Assembly (NCBI GenBank): GCA_963692915.1
Contig: OY843584.1
Span: 800,001 to 864,000, forward strand
Reading direction: 5' to 3'
From: Cenarchaeum sp.
GTDB taxonomy: Archaea > Thermoproteota > Nitrososphaeria > Nitrososphaerales > Nitrosopumilaceae
DNA: 64,000 bases
The notes beneath the pieces were generated by a model. That model was not told the DNA's origin. It was given only the letters and a program-made list of their open reading frames with translations, and did no database searches. Of the stretch, positions 1-9,841 are shown in pieces. Positions within the stretch are counted from its first letter, which is position 1. Each line of letters starts with the position of its first letter. The translations under genes were made by a program, and so were the position numbers.

Positions 1-986
1 GAGGCCTCTATGCCGGGCACCTCGCCGGTGACCATCCCCTCGGCTGCGCGTGCCTGTGACTCGCGCTCCCTGACGTTGCGGTCCACAATGCCGGCTATCT
101 CGTCAAGGTTTACGAGCCTCACGCCGTCGATCTGCGCGACGCGCTCATCGACGGTTCGCGGGTTTGAGAGGTCGACTATCATCATCGGGCGCGCCGAGGC
201 GTCAAGCTTGTCGGCGGTGACCATAAAGTAGGGCGCAGTAGTCGCGACGAACATGACCGAGTACGCGCCAAAGTCGCCTAGCGCATCCTCAAACTTCACC
301 GGCTTGCCGCCCACGTTCTCGCAGAACGCCTCGGCGCGCCGGAGCGTGCGGCTCGCGACGCCAAACTCGTACCCGCGCTGGAGGAGCGACTTTGCGACGA
401 GCGTAGAGAGCTCGCCGGTCCCGATGAGGAGCACGCTCTGTCCAGAGAGGCTCCCGCCGTGACCCTCCTCGGCGAGGCGGACTGCCATCGAGCCGACAGA
501 CACGCCGCCACGGCTTATTCCCGTGTCCTGCCGCACGCGCGCGCCGAGGCGAACCGCCCTGTCAAATGCCGTGTTGAGGACATGGCCTGATGCGCCGCAC
601 TCGCGCGCAGCCGCTATTGACTGCCTGATCTGCCCGAGAACCTGCTCCTCGCCCATGACCATCGAGTCAAGGCCCGAGGCGACGCGCAGGAGGTGTCCGA
701 TAGCCTCGGTTCCCTCGCAGAACTCCATGTTCTCACCGAACGTGCGCTCGTCCAAACCCGCTATTGACGCCCATGTCCTCTTTATGCGCTCCTCGCCACA
801 TGACTCAGAAGCGCCGTACACCTCGACCCTGTTGCACGTCTGTACGATGACGCACTCTTCTAGGCCGGCGTGCGCGCGAAAGCCCGAGAGGGCCGAGGCG
901 ATATTGCGAAACGTGAATAGCTCCATGACGTGTATTGGCGACTTGTGAAATGTCACGCGTGCGTTCACTATGCTCCTAGGCGCCAT
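1..986 (-). CDS. hemA: glutamyl-tRNA reductase (3' end outside window)
   Basis: Manual translation from ATG 986: MAPRSIVNARVTFHKSPIH..., then TCNRVE, SGLDSMVMGEEQVLGQIR and GTGE nucleotide-binding motifs; overlaps the stop of the upstream sirC-like gene. Confidence 0.93.
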   Translation of the reverse strand, partial: MAPRSIVNARVTFHKSPIHVMELFTFRNIASALSGFRAHAGLEECVIVQTCNRVEVYGASESCGEERIKRTWASIAGLDERTFGENMEFCEGTEAIGHLLRVASGLDSMVMGEEQVLGQIRQSIAAARECGASGHVLNTAFDRAVRLGARVRQDTGISRGGVSVGSMAVRLAEEGHGGSLSGQSVLLIGTGELSTLVAKSLLQRGYEFGVASRTLRRAEAFCENVGGKPVKFEDALGDFGAYSVMFVATTAPYFMVTADKLDASARPMMIVDLSNPRTVDERVAQIDGVRLVNLDEIAGIVDRNVRERESQARAAEGMVTGEVPGIEA

Positions 987-1635
987 CCCAGGCCTCCAAT
1001 ATCGACATTGCCCTATCTCGCGCCGCGCGTGTGCGCCCGTCTTTTATTAACTGTTTAACCCCTTCATCATCGGCGAGCGCGCGCAAAAAGCGCCTTCTCC
1101 CCGAGGGCGTCGCTATGCGACTGCGCGCAGCCGCCCTCATCTCGGCCTGGAGCGAAATGTGGGCCTCATCACCCTTGTCGACTAGGCCATCGAGCGCACC
1201 GGCGGCGCGCTCGCGCAGGACGCGGGCCATGACGGGGCTCTTGCCGCCCGTGGAGACGGCGAACGAGACCGAGTCAGAGAGGCGCGTTGTGGCAAGATGC
1301 GCATAGTCGCTGTTTGCGGCATCATCTGACGAGTAGGCCAGGCAGTTGGGCTCGCGCCGCGCCGCCTCGACAATGGTGGCGTTTAGCGCAGTGTCATCAG
1401 TGGCCGCAATCACAATGCGCGCGCCGCAGCCGCGTATGGCCGAGGCGTCGCGCACACGCTCTCGTCGCAACTCGAACGAGTCGCCGGCAAGCGCGTCGAA
1501 TCGCGCGTCTGCCGGCTCACCGATAACTAGGACTGCGCAGCCCTCGTCTAGGAGTGCCCGAGTCCGCCGGTAGGCCTCCGAGCCAGCGCCGATGATCACG
1601 GCATGGCATCCGTGCAGGGCGAGGTCGACTATCAA
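976..1635 (-). CDS. sirC: precorrin-2 dehydrogenase / siroheme synthase N-terminal domain
   Basis: GAGSEA Rossmann motif, ATDD..LN, AVSTGGKSPVMAR; in an operon with hemA. Confidence 0.85.
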   Translation of the reverse strand: MIVDLALHGCHAVIIGAGSEAYRRTRALLDEGCAVLVIGEPADARFDALAGDSFELRRERVRDASAIRGCGARIVIAATDDTALNATIVEAARREPNCLAYSSDDAANSDYAHLATTRLSDSVSFAVSTGGKSPVMARVLRERAAGALDGLVDKGDEAHISLQAEMRAAARSRIATPSGRRRFLRALADDEGVKQLIKDGRTRAARDRAMSILEAWDGA

Positions 1636-2027
1636 TGTGGGGGCACGGCGGGATTTTTCTATTTAAGTTGTGGATGCAGACGCGTGCGGCAGCCCACAGT
1701 CGTCAGCACATGCAAAGACCATGTGGGCGCCATCCACTGGCAGTACCCCGCACAGAGCACGCGATCGCTTTTTGCAAGCGCCCAATATGCGTGGCGCGAT
1801 CCTCAGGTTCGGTGGACAGCATGCCGGACTTACACCGGGGCTCTTCCTCGGAGCGCTCAATGTCAGGGCACAGTTCGCTGTAGAGGCACAGTTACAATCT
1901 GACCAGCGCAATATAACGCAAGGCGACCACGGGGTATGTAACAATAGATCTCACTAGCATGCACGAGCTAGCGCCAAGTGCACGCAACAACATATGTGAG
2001 ATGTGATGCCAGATTCTCCAAAATTCG

Positions 2028-2062
2028 CTTTAAATACCGGCCAGGAGAGCTTAAATGTGCGC
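2028..2062 (+). promoter_or_regulatory. duplicated promoter block with two TATA-like boxes (second copy at 2911-2945)
   Basis: ctttaaataccggccaggagagcttaaatgtgcgc vs ccttaaataccggccaaaagggcttaaatgtccgc, each upstream of a paralogous gene. Confidence 0.6.
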
Positions 2063-2078
2063 ACAGATATGACGAGTC

Positions 2079-2702
2079 ATGAAAGCAGCAAATCTCCCTG
2101 TCGTTGAGTCCGAGACACGGCAGATTCATGACAACGAGCCGCGTGACATGGAGTTCACCACGAATGCCGAACAAGAGTCCAAACGGTTCAGCGAGAACGC
2201 ACGTGCAAGACGTAAAAACGCAAAGGCAGATGACAATATTGAACCGTTTCTAAGGATGCTCTGGGATCACAACCTTATCGACTGCAACACAAACCCGAAT
2301 GACGCAACGCTAGAGACCCGCATAAAGATAGAAAAGTTTGTGTATTTTGCCCAAGAGTGCTTTGGGCTGCAATGTCGTTACAGGCACATAAGGTACCTGT
2401 ATGGCCCATTTTCCGCTAGGCTCTCAGCTGACTATTTCCGGATACGAAATATTTGGGACGTTCCAAGTGGTGGACCCAAAGGCTGGAGCAGGCAGGCAGA
2501 ATTTCTCGATTTTGCAAAAAATCACAACGATGTTAAATGGTTAGAGATTGCCAGCACGCTAGCATATTCACGATTTGACGATCATGTAGATGGGGCAGAT
2601 AATCTGGTAAAACGCGTACAGAAAATAAAGCGCAATTTTCCAAAAGAATTTGTTGTGAAGGTACATGATGAGCTAGTCCAGATGGGATTTCTCGAGGAGT
2701 GA
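2079..2702 (+). CDS. SocA/Panacea (DUF4065)/YwgA-like protein, paralog 1
   Basis: RIKIEKFVYFAQ...YLYGPFS...WLEIASTL resembles the KLQKLVY...YGP signature; strongly similar to 3024-3590. Confidence 0.6.
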   Translation: MKAANLPVVESETRQIHDNEPRDMEFTTNAEQESKRFSENARARRKNAKADDNIEPFLRMLWDHNLIDCNTNPNDATLETRIKIEKFVYFAQECFGLQCRYRHIRYLYGPFSARLSADYFRIRNIWDVPSGGPKGWSRQAEFLDFAKNHNDVKWLEIASTLAYSRFDDHVDGADNLVKRVQKIKRNFPKEFVVKVHDELVQMGFLEE

Positions 2703-3023
2703 GGCAATGCCGATGTGGGAGAGGTTTGCATCACACGTACCAGCCACAGTCGGGCCATGCGTGGCACCACGCACCCAGGTTCTGCAATACCTGCCACGGC
2801 ATTCATTTGTTCAGACGCGTTGGGAGTGCTGCCCAGACGATGTTGACGCACAGGCCGACCGCATACGCCAACACTTGTGACGGCCAGGCACACCTAAATT
2901 TCCAAGACCGCCTTAAATACCGGCCAAAAGGGCTTAAATGTCCGCGCCAGCACGCCACGCCATGAAAACGGCAGACAACGCCCCACTGGTGGACAGTCCG
3001 GGACAGAACAGGCTCGCAGCAAC

Positions 3024-3590
3024 GTGTCGAGTGGCGCGGAGGTCACCATGAACCCCGCACCAGAGACCGAACTGGTTAGCGATGACCTACTTGCCAGTCT
3101 CAGGGACATGAAAGTGGATTGCAATATCGAGCCGTTTCTGAGGATGCTTTGGGATCACGGCCTTATCGACTGTAGCACAAACCCGAACGACTCAACGCTG
3201 GACACTCGCATAAAGGTGCAAAAGTTCGTCTATTTTGCCCAAAAGTACTTTGGGTTGCAATTTCGCTATCGACACACAATGTACCTGTATGGTCCATATT
3301 CCACCAGACTCGCAAGTGACTATTTCCAGATACGAAATATTGGCGACGTTCCAAGCGGTGGACCCGAAGGCTGGAGTAGGCAGGCAGAATTTCTCGACTT
3401 TGCAAAAAACCACAACGATGTCAAGTGGCTGGAGATTGCCAGCACGTTAGCACATTCACGGTTTCACGATAACGTAAATGGTGCCGATAATCTAGTAAAA
3501 CGTGTACAGGCAATAAAGCTCAATTTTTCAAAAGAGTACGTTGTGCGCGTGCATGGCGAGCTGGTTCAGATGGGATTTCTCGAGGGGTGA
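3024..3590 (+). CDS. SocA/Panacea (DUF4065)/YwgA-like protein, paralog 2
   Basis: RIKVQKFVYFAQ...YLYGPYS...WLEIASTL; tandem duplicate of 2079-2702; start codon uncertain. Confidence 0.6.
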   Translation: MSSGAEVTMNPAPETELVSDDLLASLRDMKVDCNIEPFLRMLWDHGLIDCSTNPNDSTLDTRIKVQKFVYFAQKYFGLQFRYRHTMYLYGPYSTRLASDYFQIRNIGDVPSGGPEGWSRQAEFLDFAKNHNDVKWLEIASTLAHSRFHDNVNGADNLVKRVQAIKLNFSKEYVVRVHGELVQMGFLEG

Positions 3591-3594
3591 GGCA

Positions 3595-4173
3595 ATGTCT
3601 GCATGGGTGTGGGTAGGGCCATCCATACCAATCGTGGTTAGTATGTGGGCAGCATTCTTAAGTACCGAAATCATCAACCCCGAATCACCAGGACCAGCAT
3701 TAATAACCACAGTGTCACTGTATTTAGCAGCGTTAGGATCCATACTAACGTATGAAGGACGCAAAATTGCACAACAGATGAAAGAGACGGATGAGCGTAG
3801 AGAAAATAAAAGAAAACGCCATATTGCCGAGTATGAAATACCCCACGTTGTGCAGACACTCAATACGTTGATGGTAAGCGTAGACAAAACAATGAAAATA
3901 TGGCACGGTGTAAATAGACTAGATAGTGCTGAACAAACAAATGAGTATAAACATAGACGAGTGATGATGCACATGGAAACAATACGCGCCATACAGGCAG
4001 ATTTTCTTGGAATGGGGCTATCAATGTACCACAAATTCTTAGACGGTGTACTTGCAGATTTAGACGAAATTGATTTTAGTGACGCATATGCGAGTAAAGA
4101 GGTGTTTAATGACGTCATTTGGGCAGTTTTTAATGTGAAAAAGAAGATTGAAAATGCCGCAGAGACAGAATAG
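3595..4173 (+). CDS. hypothetical AT-rich protein with two N-terminal hydrophobic helices
   Basis: ATG 4 nt after the paralog-2 stop (TGAGGCAATG); hydrophobic N-terminus followed by a charged helical region; visibly AT-rich. Confidence 0.65.
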   Translation: MSAWVWVGPSIPIVVSMWAAFLSTEIINPESPGPALITTVSLYLAALGSILTYEGRKIAQQMKETDERRENKRKRHIAEYEIPHVVQTLNTLMVSVDKTMKIWHGVNRLDSAEQTNEYKHRRVMMHMETIRAIQADFLGMGLSMYHKFLDGVLADLDEIDFSDAYASKEVFNDVIWAVFNVKKKIENAAETE

Positions 4174-4276
4174 AGCTAATCATAGCCATCTAGCCCATTA
4201 TGCGCGCAGCACACGTGATAACCAAGCACCATGAATGAAGCATTGTTTTGTTAAAGGACTCCAAGATCCCCCACAT

Positions 4277-4398
4277 CCACGGCTCAGTAACCCCACGGCT
4301 CAGTAACCCCACGGCTCAGTAACCCCACGGCTCAGTAACCCCACGGCTCAGTAACCCCACGGCTCAGTAACCCCACGGCTCAGTAACCCCACGGCTCA
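4277..4398. repeat. perfect 16-bp tandem repeat (CCACGGCTCAGTAACC), 7 full copies + 10 nt
   Basis: Read directly from the sequence; no spacers. Confidence 0.97.
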
Positions 4399-4457
4399 CG
4401 ACCCGGACGCACTACCCACGCTAGGTATTTATCAAAACGCTGCGGCACGCACGCCAG

Positions 4458-5480
4458 ATGGCAAAGATCTCCGACCAGGACGCGCTCATACTAGACGAGC
4501 TCCAGCAGTCGTTTCCGCTCGTGAGCAGGCCGTTCGCTGACATCGCCTCAAGGCTCGGAATGCCCGAGGACGAGGTCATCGAGCGCACTCGCGCGCTCAG
4601 GGAGTCTGGCGTCCTGCGGCAGCTCAGCGCGATATTTGACACCAGGAGGCTCGGCTACAAGAGCTCACTAGTCGCAATGCGCGTGAGCCCCGAGAACATC
4701 GAGCGCGTTGCCGGCATAATCAACGGCCACCCCGGCGTGAGCCACAACTATGAGCGCGACGGCAAGTACAACCTGTGGTTCACCATAGCGGTTCCGCCGG
4801 GCTCCAACCTAAAGGACGAGCTCGCAAAGTTTGACGGCATTGGCGGAATCGAGGCGGTTCGCATGCTCCCGACGATAAAGCTCTTCAAGATCGGCGTGCG
4901 CCTAGAGATGGTCAAAAAGTCCGACGTAAAGCCCGCCGAGACGAAAACCGACGCCCCGCGCGAGGCGTTTGTGCCAACAGAGCGTGACCGCGAGATCATA
5001 CGCGAGACGCAAAAGGATCTCGACTTGTCGGCGCGGCCATTTGAGGCGCCTGCGCGCAGGCTCGGGATGGACGAGGATGGCATGTTTGCGGCCCTGCGCC
5101 ACTACCAGGAGATCGGCGTCATGCGCAGGTTTGCCGGCATACTGCGCCACCGCGACGCCGGCTTTGTTGCAAACGGCATGATAGTCTGGAAGGTGCCCGA
5201 GGGGAGGATAGAGGAGGTCGGCGCGACGCTCGGCGCGTTCCCGCAGGTGAGCCACTGCTACCAGCGCCCGACATATGACGACTGGCCGTACAACGTCTTT
5301 TCGATGATTCACTGCAAGACCAGGGAGGAGGCCGACGCGATGGTGGGGCAGATACGCGAGCAGATAGGCGTAGAGGAGTATCGCGTGCTCTTTAGCCTGC
5401 GCGAGTTCAAAAAGACGCGCGTAGAGTATTTTGTCGAGCAAAAGTTTAGCGTCGCGCAGGCCGCCGCGACTGTCGCGTAG
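4458..5480 (+). CDS. ahbAB: siroheme decarboxylase, fused AhbA/AhbB (Lrp/AsnC-like, NirDL/GH)
   Basis: Two Lrp-like halves with VSHNYER..YNLWFT and VSHCYQRP...WPYNVFSMIH; near hemA/sirC. Confidence 0.85.
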   Translation: MAKISDQDALILDELQQSFPLVSRPFADIASRLGMPEDEVIERTRALRESGVLRQLSAIFDTRRLGYKSSLVAMRVSPENIERVAGIINGHPGVSHNYERDGKYNLWFTIAVPPGSNLKDELAKFDGIGGIEAVRMLPTIKLFKIGVRLEMVKKSDVKPAETKTDAPREAFVPTERDREIIRETQKDLDLSARPFEAPARRLGMDEDGMFAALRHYQEIGVMRRFAGILRHRDAGFVANGMIVWKVPEGRIEEVGATLGAFPQVSHCYQRPTYDDWPYNVFSMIHCKTREEADAMVGQIREQIGVEEYRVLFSLREFKKTRVEYFVEQKFSVAQAAATVA

Positions 5481-6270
5481 CGCGCTTTAGTCCGGCAACA
5501 TACGCGGCAACCTCGCCCTCGATCTTTGGCTGTGGCACAGAAGCTGCCATGCGCACTATGGGGCTGCCGACCACGACAGCATCAGCTCCGGCCCGCACGC
5601 ACTCGCGCACGTCACGGGGCGTGGATATTCCAAAGCCGACGCCGACTGCGGTCCCCCGGGAGACCCTGCGCGCGGCGCGAATTGCGCGAAGCGTATAGGC
5701 GGCAACGCCGCGGCTGACGTGGCCAGTCGTGCCATAGACTGCAACGAGGTACATGAATCCGGACGAGGCGGCCGCTATGCGGGCCATGCGCGCAGGCGAC
5801 GTGTTCGGCGAGGCCAGAAAGACAGTGTCAAGGCCGGCGGCCCTCGAGGCGGCAACATACGCAGATGACTCGTCGACTGGCATGTCTGGCAGTATGACGG
5901 CATCAATGCCGGCCCGAGCCATGCGCGCAGCAAGCCTCCTGACCCCATGGCGCTCAAAGATGTTGGCATATGTCATCGAGACGAGCGGCACGTCGGTTTT
6001 TCGCCGTGTCGCCGATATTGTCTCAAGGTATGTCCCCATCGTCATGCCGCCAGAGAGCGAGACTGTGGCGGCCTCTTGTATGGCCGGCCCGTCAGCCAGC
6101 GGGTCAGAGAAGGGATATCCGAGCTCTATGACATCAGCGCCCCCGCGGACCGCCCCGCGGACTGCAGCGGCTGACGCGCGAGCGCTCGGGTGGCCTGCCA
6201 TGACATACGCGACGAGGGCCGCCTCGCCGGCCCCGCGCAGCGCGTCGAGCCTATCGGCTAGCCGGCCCAT
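5446..6270 (-). CDS. trpA: tryptophan synthase alpha chain
   Basis: [23 protein letters not shown] motifs. Confidence 0.96.
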   Translation of the reverse strand: MGRLADRLDALRGAGEAALVAYVMAGHPSARASAAAVRGAVRGGADVIELGYPFSDPLADGPAIQEAATVSLSGGMTMGTYLETISATRRKTDVPLVSMTYANIFERHGVRRLAARMARAGIDAVILPDMPVDESSAYVAASRAAGLDTVFLASPNTSPARMARIAAASSGFMYLVAVYGTTGHVSRGVAAYTLRAIRAARRVSRGTAVGVGFGISTPRDVRECVRAGADAVVVGSPIVRMAASVPQPKIEGEVAAYVAGLKRATRQSRRPARR

Positions 6271-7432
6271 TGGCCTCCACCCAGTCTGCCACAACGTCGA
6301 CGTCCTTGTCGCCCCTTCCGGAGAGCGTGACTATGACGGTGTCAGACTTCCTGCCCGCGCGCGCAACCTTTGCTGCCTCGGCAATCGCGTGGGCCGACTC
6401 GAGTGCCGGTATGATGCCCTCTGTGCGCGCAAGGAGGCGAAACGCCCTGATCGCCTCAACGTCAGTCGCCGAGCGATAGTCGACGCGGCGCGTGTCCTTT
6501 AGCCATGCGTGCTCTGGCCCGACTCCCGGATAGTCAAGGCCGGCAGACACGCTGTGCGTTTCAGAGACCTGCCCCTCGGCGTCCTGCATGACATATGTCA
6601 TCATGCCGTGGAGTATTCCGCGCGAGCCGGCCTTTAGTGGCGCAGAGTGCTTGCCTGATCGAACTCCCCTGCCGGCAGCCTCGACTCCGACGAGCTCCAC
6701 CTTCGAGTCGACAAACTCGTGAAACGTCCCTATCGCGTTGGACCCGCCCCCGACGCACGCTATTATCGTGTCTGGCGTGCGGCCGATCGCGCGCGCCTGC
6801 GAGCGTATCTCGTGGCCGATGACTGACTGAAAGTCGCGAACGATCTCCGGATACGGGTGCGGGCCGACTGCCGAGCCGAGGAGGTAGTGCGTCGTGCGCA
6901 CGTTGGCGAGCCAGTCGCGTATGGCCTCGTTGATCGCATCCTTTAGCGTCTTGGAGCCAGACTCGACGGCATGCACACCGGCGCCAAGGAGGCCCATGCG
7001 CGTGACGTTCAGTCGCTGCCTGACCATGTCACGACTGCCCATGTAGACCTCTGCATCAAGGCCAACGCACGCACACGCCATTGCAGTCGCGACGCCGTGC
7101 TGGCCGGCGCCCGTCTCGGCGACGATGCGCTTCTTTTTCATCCTGCGCGCAAGGAGTGCCTGCCCTATCGTGTTGTTTATCTTGTGTGCCCCACCGTGGA
7201 GCAGGTCCTCGCGCTTTAGGTATATCTGCGCGCCGCCGACCTCCTCGCTGAGATTCTTTGCGTGGTATAGCGGCGTCGGGCGGCCTGCATACTCGGCCAG
7301 GAGGCGCGAGAGCTCGCGCCTAAATGTCGCATCGCGCCGGCACGAGCGGTACGCCGACTCGAGCTCCTCGAGTGCGGGCACGAGCGTCTCGGGAACATAC
7401 CTCCCGCCGTACTCGCCAAACCTGCCCCTCAT
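6251..7432 (-). CDS. trpB: tryptophan synthase beta chain
   Basis: [35 protein letters not shown]. Confidence 0.97.
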   Translation of the reverse strand: MRGRFGEYGGRYVPETLVPALEELESAYRSCRRDATFRRELSRLLAEYAGRPTPLYHAKNLSEEVGGAQIYLKREDLLHGGAHKINNTIGQALLARRMKKKRIVAETGAGQHGVATAMACACVGLDAEVYMGSRDMVRQRLNVTRMGLLGAGVHAVESGSKTLKDAINEAIRDWLANVRTTHYLLGSAVGPHPYPEIVRDFQSVIGHEIRSQARAIGRTPDTIIACVGGGSNAIGTFHEFVDSKVELVGVEAAGRGVRSGKHSAPLKAGSRGILHGMMTYVMQDAEGQVSETHSVSAGLDYPGVGPEHAWLKDTRRVDYRSATDVEAIRAFRLLARTEGIIPALESAHAIAEAAKVARAGRKSDTVIVTLSGRGDKDVDVVADWVEANGPASR

Positions 7433-8202
7433 ATGGCCATCACCAGGCTCCTGACGGACTCGGCTATATTGGCGCTCCTCATTATCGACGTTCCGGCCAG
7501 GAACGCGTCGGCTCCGCACTCGCGCAGGCGCCTGACATCGTCCGGCCCGCCAATCCCGCTCTCCGAGACTATGGGCACGCCGCGCTCGCCGAGGCCGTCA
7601 AGAACGCGGCGCGTCGTGTCGAGGTCCACCTCTAGCGTGTCGAGGTTGCGGTTGTTGACTCCGACCATGTCAGCGCCTGACTCTAGGGCGGCGTCAAGCT
7701 CGGCGCGCGTGTGGGCCTCGAGCAGGACGCCCATGCCGCCGGCGTGTGCCAGGTCGATGAGCTCGTCCCTGTTTGCGGCGAGTCCATGATCAAAGACTGC
7801 CTGTATGAGGAGCACATAGTCTGCGCCCATCTGGCGCGCGGCCTCGAGCTGCCGCGCATCCACGATGATATCCTTCATCAGTATCGGGATGTCGACTGTG
7901 TCCCTGACGAGGGCGAGGTTTGCCGGCGAGCCGTCAAACATGTGCGGTTGCGTGAGAACCGAGAGCGCGACTGCGCCCCCGTCGACCATGAGGCGCGCGA
8001 CGTCTGCCGGATTCGCGCCGCGCAGTATCTCGCCCTCGCTAGGCGAGGAGAACTTTACTTCTGAGATGACCGGCGCATGGGAGTGCTCGCGCACGGCGCG
8101 CACAAGGTCAACGCCAGAGGGCTCGTGGCGCGCGACGCCATCGTACACGCCAGAGTCAATAGCGCTCTGTGAGTTCTTTACGAGCTTTTCTAGCACGCTC
8201 AT
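7429..8202 (-). CDS. trpC: indole-3-glycerol phosphate synthase
   Basis: [31 protein letters not shown]. Confidence 0.95.
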   Translation of the reverse strand: MSVLEKLVKNSQSAIDSGVYDGVARHEPSGVDLVRAVREHSHAPVISEVKFSSPSEGEILRGANPADVARLMVDGGAVALSVLTQPHMFDGSPANLALVRDTVDIPILMKDIIVDARQLEAARQMGADYVLLIQAVFDHGLAANRDELIDLAHAGGMGVLLEAHTRAELDAALESGADMVGVNNRNLDTLEVDLDTTRRVLDGLGERGVPIVSESGIGGPDDVRRLRECGADAFLAGTSIMRSANIAESVRSLVMAI

Positions 8203-9251
8203 GCGCGTCGAGCCTCCTCGAGGAGCGCCGGCTGGCCGCACATTGCGACAAACTCGTCGAGCTTTTTTGATGCGCTACCCGAACGGATCGAGGACATGGC
8301 CATCTCTAGGCCCTCGGCAATGCCTGTGGCCCTGTCGGCGACGACGAGTGCGGCACCGGCGTTGAGTGCGGCCGTCTCGACCATTGCGCGCCGTGCCGAG
8401 CCGTCTATGGCGCCTATGACGGCCGCTAGCGCGTCACGTGCGCCCTCGACGCGCAGGTCTCCGAGCTCAGACTCGCACAGTCCGAGCCCTGATGGGGATA
8501 TGGCCACCTTTTTCACCGCACCGTTGCGCGCAATGACTGCAGTCCCGTCTGACACAGTCGAGAGCTCATCGAGGCCATTGGCAGACCGTACCGCCATGGC
8601 GCACGCCGAGCCGCGCCGCGCGAGTATCTCCGGCAGCATGTCTAGGTGCAGGGACGAGCTGACGCCTACGAGCTGGCGATTCACGCGCGCCGGATTTGCG
8701 AGGGGGCCGAGAAGGTTTAGCGCGGTTCTAGTGCCTGAGATCATCTTGCGCGCCGCCGCCGCTGCCCTCATGGCCGGATGGAACTTGGGCGCAAACATAA
8801 ACCCAATGCCGCACGTCTCGATGGCCGTGGCGACTGTACCAGGGTCAGAGTCGAGATCCATGCCGAGTGACGCAAAGATGTCTGCGCTGCCCACGCCTCC
8901 TGATGATGACCTGTTGCCGTGCTTGGCGACAGTCGCGCCGGCGGCAGCGGCGACAAAGGCCGCTGCAGTCGAGACGTTGAACGTGTGCGCGCCGTCACCA
9001 CCTGTTCCGCACACGTCTATGGCGTCCGGCCTGGAGAGGGTCACGCCAACGCTGCGCTCCATCATCACATCGAGCATCCCCTCGAGCTCGTCGGTGACCT
9101 CGCCCCTAGCCGCAAGCGAGGAGAGAAACTCCGCAATGTCAGCATCACGCGCATCACCAGAGAGAATCTCTCGCATTGCGGCGGCGGCCTCTGCGTGCTC
9201 CAGTGTCGAGCCGGCACTGACGCGTGCGGCCATCTCGCCTAGGGCGCTCAT
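8199..9251 (-). CDS. trpD: anthranilate phosphoribosyltransferase
   Basis: DVCGTGGDG..TFNVST, KHGNRSSS. Confidence 0.96.
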   Translation of the reverse strand: MSALGEMAARVSAGSTLEHAEAAAAMREILSGDARDADIAEFLSSLAARGEVTDELEGMLDVMMERSVGVTLSRPDAIDVCGTGGDGAHTFNVSTAAAFVAAAAGATVAKHGNRSSSGGVGSADIFASLGMDLDSDPGTVATAIETCGIGFMFAPKFHPAMRAAAAARKMISGTRTALNLLGPLANPARVNRQLVGVSSSLHLDMLPEILARRGSACAMAVRSANGLDELSTVSDGTAVIARNGAVKKVAISPSGLGLCESELGDLRVEGARDALAAVIGAIDGSARRAMVETAALNAGAALVVADRATGIAEGLEMAMSSIRSGSASKKLDEFVAMCGQPALLEEARRA

Positions 9252-9841
9252 TTCATGCCCTCCACGATGCGCACAAAGTTTGCTAGTATGCGCTCGCCCT
9301 CGGCAGTCATTATCGACTCGGGGTGGAACTGGACGCCAAATATCGGCAGTGTCTTGTGGCGAACAGCCATGACCTCGCCGTCATCATCGGCGACGGCAGT
9401 CACCTCGAGTGAGTCGGGGATGGTCGTCGACTCGCCGACGAGTGAGTGGTACCTCGTTGCGCGAAACGGGCTGCCAACGCCCTCAAAGAGCGCGTCTCCG
9501 GTGTGGCTCACGGGACTAGTCTTGCCGTGGCGCACGTTTGCCGCATTGGTCACGCGGCCGCCAAACGAGCTGATGATCCCCTGGTGGCCAAGGCACACGC
9601 CTAGGAGCGGCGTGCGCCCGCCTAGCTCCTCTATGGCCTGGCGCGAGACTCCAAAGTCGCGCGCGCTCTCTGGCGTGCCGGGTCCGGGCGATATGACTAT
9701 CGCATCGTATGCGCGACGCGCAATCTCGCCTGCGTCGATCGCGTCATTCCTGATGACGTCAGTCTCGACTCCGAGGCGGCCCAGGGCCTGCGCGATATTG
9801 TAGACGAACGAGTCATAGTTGTCTATTATGAGGAACCTCAT
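9248..9841 (-). CDS. trpG: anthranilate synthase glutamine amidotransferase component II
   Basis: IDNYDSF, SPGPG, GVCLGHQ, QFHPES. Confidence 0.95.
   Translation of the reverse strand: MRFLIIDNYDSFVYNIAQALGRLGVETDVIRNDAIDAGEIARRAYDAIVISPGPGTPESARDFGVSRQAIEELGGRTPLLGVCLGHQGIISSFGGRVTNAANVRHGKTSPVSHTGDALFEGVGSPFRATRYHSLVGESTTIPDSLEVTAVADDDGEVMAVRHKTLPIFGVQFHPESIMTAEGERILANFVRIVEGMK

Noticed and set aside
1636-2020. Overlapping 80-100 aa ORFs between sirC and the paralog pair
   Set aside because: No recognisable motifs and mutually conflicting frames; possibly decayed DNA.
4277-4398. Possible CRISPR array
   Set aside because: The 16-bp units are contiguous with no spacers, and no cas genes are present.
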